From IMG/VR virus record IMGVR_UViG_2548876958_000017: a DNA stretch of 8,772 nucleotides; one strand, written 5' to 3'. The notes beneath the pieces were generated by a model. It did no database searches and had not been told where the DNA came from. It was given only the letters and a program-made list of their open reading frames with translations. Shown in pieces: positions 5,620 to 8,772 of this stretch (its first letter is position 1; every line of letters begins with the position of its first letter). A program made the translations under genes and the position numbers. This DNA is from a virus. Taxonomy: Duplodnaviria > Heunggongvirae > Uroviricota > Caudoviricetes.

Positions 5620-5924
5620 TGACCACTTTTACCGACAAAGAACTGATTAAAGAAATTAAAGAGCGTATCAGCAGCCTTGACGTGCGAGACGATATTGAGC
5701 GCCGTGCTTATGAAATCGCACTCCTATCTCTGGAAGTAGAACCAGATGAACGCGAAGCTTATGAATTATTCATGGAAAAGCGTTTCGGTGACTTAGTAGA
5801 TCGTCGGAGAGCAAAAAACGGCGATAACGAATACATGGCATGGGATATGACTCTCGGTTGGATCGTCTGGCAGCAACGAGCAGGTATCCATTTTTCAACA
5901 ATGTCACAACAAGAGGTGAAATAA
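5619..5924 (+). CDS. Hypothetical phage protein (101 aa)
   Basis: ATG overlaps the previous stop (TAATG at 5617..5621) and its own stop overlaps the xis ATG (TAATG at 5922..5926). GGAG lies upstream. No family recognised. Confidence 0.6.
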   Translation: MTTFTDKELIKEIKERISSLDVRDDIERRAYEIALLSLEVEPDEREAYELFMEKRFGDLVDRRRAKNGDNEYMAWDMTLGWIVWQQRAGIHFSTMSQQEVK

Positions 5925-6274
5925 TGGAGCCATACAGCCTCACACTCGATGAGGCCTGTCATTTTCTCAAGATATCCAGACCGACTGCCATTAACTGGAT
6001 ACGCACAGGGCGTCTTCAGGCAACACGCAAAGATCCCACTAAGAATAAATCTCCTTACCTCACAACACGACAAGCCTGCATTGCGGCTCTTCAGTCTCCG
6101 CTGCATACTGTCCAGGTGAGCGCGGGTGATGGCATAACAGAGGAAAGAAAATGTCACTCTTCCGCAGAGGTGAAATATGGTACGCCAGTTTCACATTGCC
6201 GAACGGTAAAAGATTTAAACAGTCTCTTGGAACAAAGGACAAAAGGCAGGCGACAGAACTCCATGACAAGCTAA
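5924..6274 (+). CDS. xis: Excisionase (Xis), P22-type, 116 aa; its 3' end overlaps int by 124 nt
   Basis: ATG 5924 is translationally coupled to the upstream gene, with GAGGTGA as SD. The N-terminal sequence [30 protein letters not shown] is a classic excisionase/AlpA-type HTH. It sits immediately upstream of int. The 116-aa length matches my recollection of P22 Xis. Confidence 0.75.
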   Translation: MEPYSLTLDEACHFLKISRPTAINWIRTGRLQATRKDPTKNKSPYLTTRQACIAALQSPLHTVQVSAGDGITEERKCHSSAEVKYGTPVSHCRTVKDLNSLLEQRTKGRRQNSMTS

Positions 6275-7314
6275 AGGCTGAAGCATGGCGGGTCAGCAAA
6301 CTTGGTGAAATACCTGATATAACGTTCGAGGAAGCGTGTGTCAGGTGGCTTGAAGAGAAAGCACATAAAAAATCACTGGACGATGACAAAAGCCGGATCG
6401 GATTCTGGCTTCAACATTTCGCAGGAATGCAACTAAGAGACATTACTGAATCAAAAATTTATTCAGCAATGCAGAAAATGACGAACCGGCGTCATGAGGA
6501 AAACTGGAAACTCAGGGCAGAAGCATGCAGAAAAAAAGGGAAACCTGTTCCAGAATACACGCCAAAACCAGCGTCCGTTGCAACGAAGGCTACGCATCTT
6601 TCATTTATAAAGGCCCTACTAAGAGCCGCAGAGCGTGAATGGAAAATGCTGGATAAGGCACCAATTATTAAAGTGCCTCAACCAAAGAATAAACGGATCC
6701 GCTGGCTGGAGCCCCATGAAGCACAAAGGCTGATTGATGAATGTCCGGAGCCATTAAAGTCTGTTGTTGAATTTGCACTGGCAACAGGCTTAAGACGCTC
6801 GAACATCATCAACCTTGAATGGCAACAAATAGATATGCAGCGCCGGGTGGCATGGATAAACCCGGAAGAGAGTAAATCAAACCGCGCAATTGGCGTTGCG
6901 CTGAATGATACTGCATGTCGCGTATTGAAAAAACAAATCGGGAATCATCACCGTTGGGTATTTGTGTACAAGGAAAGCTGTACCAAACCAGACGGAACGA
7001 AAGCGCCAACAGTCAGGAAGATGCGGTATGACGCAAACACAGCCTGGAAAGCGGCGCTGAGACGGGCTGGTATTGATGATTTCAGATTTCACGACTTGAG
7101 ACACACCTGGGCAAGTTGGCTGGTTCAAGCCGGAGTCCCGTTGTCAGTGTTACAGGAAATGGGAGGCTGGGAGTCTATCGAAATGGTTCGTCGATATGCT
7201 CACCTTGCACCTAATCACCTTACCGAACACGCACGGCAAATAGACTCGATCCTGAACCCATCGGTCCCAAATTTGTCCCAGTCAAAAAATAAGGAAGATA
7301 CTAATGATGTGTAA
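6151..7314 (+). CDS. int: Tyrosine site-specific integrase, P22-like (387 aa)
   Basis: SD GAGGAAAG before ATG 6151. The N-terminus [46 protein letters not shown] is nearly identical to P22 Int as I recall it. C-terminal catalytic region has R...HDLRHT...RY ([39 protein letters not shown]). It ends 15 bp from the tRNA 3' end. Confidence 0.95.
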   Translation: MSLFRRGEIWYASFTLPNGKRFKQSLGTKDKRQATELHDKLKAEAWRVSKLGEIPDITFEEACVRWLEEKAHKKSLDDDKSRIGFWLQHFAGMQLRDITESKIYSAMQKMTNRRHEENWKLRAEACRKKGKPVPEYTPKPASVATKATHLSFIKALLRAAEREWKMLDKAPIIKVPQPKNKRIRWLEPHEAQRLIDECPEPLKSVVEFALATGLRRSNIINLEWQQIDMQRRVAWINPEESKSNRAIGVALNDTACRVLKKQIGNHHRWVFVYKESCTKPDGTKAPTVRKMRYDANTAWKAALRRAGIDDFRFHDLRHTWASWLVQAGVPLSVLQEMGGWESIEMVRRYAHLAPNHLTEHARQIDSILNPSVPNLSQSKNKEDTNDV

Positions 7315-7328
7315 CTTATTGATTTAAA

Positions 7329-7404
7329 TGGTGCCGATAATAGGAGTCGAACCTACGACCTTCGCATTACGAATGCGCTGCTCTACCAACTGAGCTATAT
7401 CGGC
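7329..7404 (-). tRNA. thrW: tRNA-Thr (anticodon CGU), with encoded CCA
   Basis: The reverse complement reads GCCGATATAGCTCAGTTGGTAGAGCAGCGCATTCGTAATGCGAAGGTCGTAGGTTCGACTCCTATTATCGGCACCA. It has canonical D-loop (AGCTCAGTTGGTAGAGC), anticodon loop (CATTCGTAATG) and T-loop (GGTTCGACTCC), and a 7-bp acceptor stem (GCCGATA / TATCGGC). Confidence 0.97.
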
Positions 7405-7457
7405 CCTGAAAGGACATGTTCACGAACGTGAATCACGGTGGACAAGGTTAAAACTAA

Positions 7458-7512
7458 CCGGGCGATGCGTCAATGGCCTTGTGAATCAAATGGCTACTTT
7501 TGCATCACCCGG
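7458..7512 (-). terminator. Terminator-like long hairpin just downstream of proA
   Basis: 11-bp inverted repeat with one mismatch (plus strand CCGGGCGATGC 7458..7468 / GCATCACCCGG 7502..7512) begins 7 nt after the proA stop. On the minus strand it is followed by a U-rich tract (UUAGUUUUAA). The 33-nt loop is atypical for a simple intrinsic terminator. Confidence 0.35.
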
Positions 7513-7518
7513 TTTTAT

Positions 7519-8772
7519 TTACGCACGAATGGTGTAATCACCAATGCCGATCCACTTGTAAGTGGTCAGTGCTTCCAGCCCCATTGGGCCACGCGCGTGG
7601 AGTTTTTGTGTGCTTACCGCCACTTCCGCACCCAGACCAAACTGGCCGCCGTCGGTAAAACGCGTAGAGGCGTTAACGTAAACAGCGGACGAATCCACTT
7701 CGTTAACAAAACGCTGGGCGTTGCGCATATCGCGGGTCAGGATCGCATCGGAGTGTTGTGTGCCGTGTTCACGAATATGGGCGATGGCATCGTCAAGATC
7801 GCTGACGATTTTGACGTTCAAATCTAATGACAGAAACTCATCGTCATACTCTTCGGCTTTAACAGCAACCACCTTCGCAGGGCCTGCCTGCAACTGCGCC
7901 AGTGCAGCTGCATCTGCGTGTAATGTCACGCCGCTTTCCGCCATTTGTTTGCTTAATGCGGGCAGGAAGCTATCGGCGATGTTTTTATTCACCAGCAACG
8001 TTTCAACCGTATTACATGTGCTCGGACGCTGAGTTTTCGCGTTGACGATCACTTTTAATGCTTCAGCGATCTCTACACTTTCATCAACGTAAATATGGCA
8101 TACGCCTATACCACCTGTGATCACCGGGATTGTCGACTGTTCACGGCACAGTTTATGCAAACCAGCGCCACCACGCGGGATCAGCATGTCGATGTATTTA
8201 TCCATACGCAGCATTTCACTGACCAGCGCACGGTCAGGATTATCAATCGCCTGCACGGCACCCGCCGGTAAGCCGCAGGATTTCAGGGCGTCCTGAATCA
8301 CCGCCACCGTTGCAGCGTTAGTGCGACACGTTTCTTTGCCACCGCGCAGGATCACCGCATTACCGGTTTTCAGGCACAGCGAAGCGACATCAACCGTCAC
8401 GTTCGGGCGCGCTTCATAAATCACGCCAATAACCCCCAGCGGTACGCGACGACGCTCAAGACGCAGGCCGCTGTCCAGTACGCTGCCATCGATTACCTGC
8501 CCCACCGGATCGGCGAGGTTACACACCTGGCGCACATCATCGGCAATGCCTTTCAGCCGTGCGGGCGTCAGTGCCAGACGGTCAAGCATCGCTTCGCCAA
8601 GGCCATTGGCACGCGCGTCAGCAACATCCTGGGCGTTAGCGTTGAGGATGATTTCGCTTTGTGCTTCCAGTTCATCGGCGATTTTTTCCAGCACGCGATT
8701 TTTTTCGCGGCTGGAGAGTTGCGCTAATTTATACGAGGCTTGCTTCGCGGCAATGCCCATTTGTTCCAGCAT
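7519..8772 (-). CDS. proA: Gamma-glutamyl phosphate reductase (glutamate-5-semialdehyde dehydrogenase), 417 aa
   Basis: Full-length ORF whose translation ([30 protein letters not shown] ... [15 protein letters not shown]) I recognise as Escherichia coli ProA. The start codon is the last three bases of the window, so upstream context is absent. Confidence 0.95.
   Translation of the reverse strand: MLEQMGIAAKQASYKLAQLSSREKNRVLEKIADELEAQSEIILNANAQDVADARANGLGEAMLDRLALTPARLKGIADDVRQVCNLADPVGQVIDGSVLDSGLRLERRRVPLGVIGVIYEARPNVTVDVASLCLKTGNAVILRGGKETCRTNAATVAVIQDALKSCGLPAGAVQAIDNPDRALVSEMLRMDKYIDMLIPRGGAGLHKLCREQSTIPVITGGIGVCHIYVDESVEIAEALKVIVNAKTQRPSTCNTVETLLVNKNIADSFLPALSKQMAESGVTLHADAAALAQLQAGPAKVVAVKAEEYDDEFLSLDLNVKIVSDLDDAIAHIREHGTQHSDAILTRDMRNAQRFVNEVDSSAVYVNASTRFTDGGQFGLGAEVAVSTQKLHARGPMGLEALTTYKWIGIGDYTIRA

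Larger units (their letters stand above)
1..7404. mobile_element. Lambdoid (P22-like) prophage, integrase-proximal arm; the junction with the chromosome lies inside or at the 3' end of thrW
   Basis: Contiguous phage modules: replication, CII-like, Cro-like, CI repressor, early-left cargo, xis and a tyrosine integrase ending 15 bp from the 3' end of a tRNA-Thr gene. The flanking gene is chromosomal proA. The other att site is not in the window. Confidence 0.85.

Noticed and set aside
5840-5923. N-terminal extension of the xis ORF (start at 5840, 144 aa)
   Set aside because: It would overlap the upstream 101-aa gene. The ATG at 5924 is coupled to that gene's stop (TAATG) and gives the 116-aa excisionase.
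5759-6157. 132-aa minus-strand ORF antisense to xis and the upstream gene
   Set aside because: Antisense to two well-supported coupled genes; no SD; Cys/Arg-rich composition.
6060-7128. Minus-strand ORFs 6060..6389, 6809..7009 and 6877..7128
   Set aside because: Antisense to the integrase gene, whose catalytic motifs are unambiguous.
7438-8032. Plus-strand ORFs 7438..7827 and 7721..8032
   Set aside because: Antisense to proA, except the first about 80 nt, which is intergenic hairpin sequence.

Overview
The window covers the integrase-proximal arm of a lambdoid (P22-like) prophage inserted at the tRNA-Thr(CGU) gene thrW, next to the chromosomal proA gene (7519..8772, minus). All calls rest on reading the sequence and on recalled family motifs; no database search was run. 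Read from the centre outwards, the prophage has a divergent immunity switch: a CI-type repressor with an S24 peptidase domain (2747..3421, plus) and a Cro/YdaS-like gene (2456..2656, minus), separated by palindromic TGTACC-type operators. The rightward-to-leftward pR operon (minus strand) carries a CII-like regulator, a 112-aa unknown, an O-like replication initiator with an in-gene iteron array, a PerC/ANR-like regulator and a truncated further gene. The pL operon (plus strand) starts after a strong cI terminator and runs to xis and int. Its accessory block (about 3590..5924) is the most unusual part and the likeliest place for an undescribed function: a free-standing ClpX-type zinc-finger protein as first pL gene, a convergent overlapping pair of small ORFs, and a roughly 470-bp GC-rich non-coding island packed with long perfect inverted repeats, followed by a coupled HD-hydrolase / DUF551 / unknown cassette. 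I could not assign any of these to a known defence or anti-defence system.
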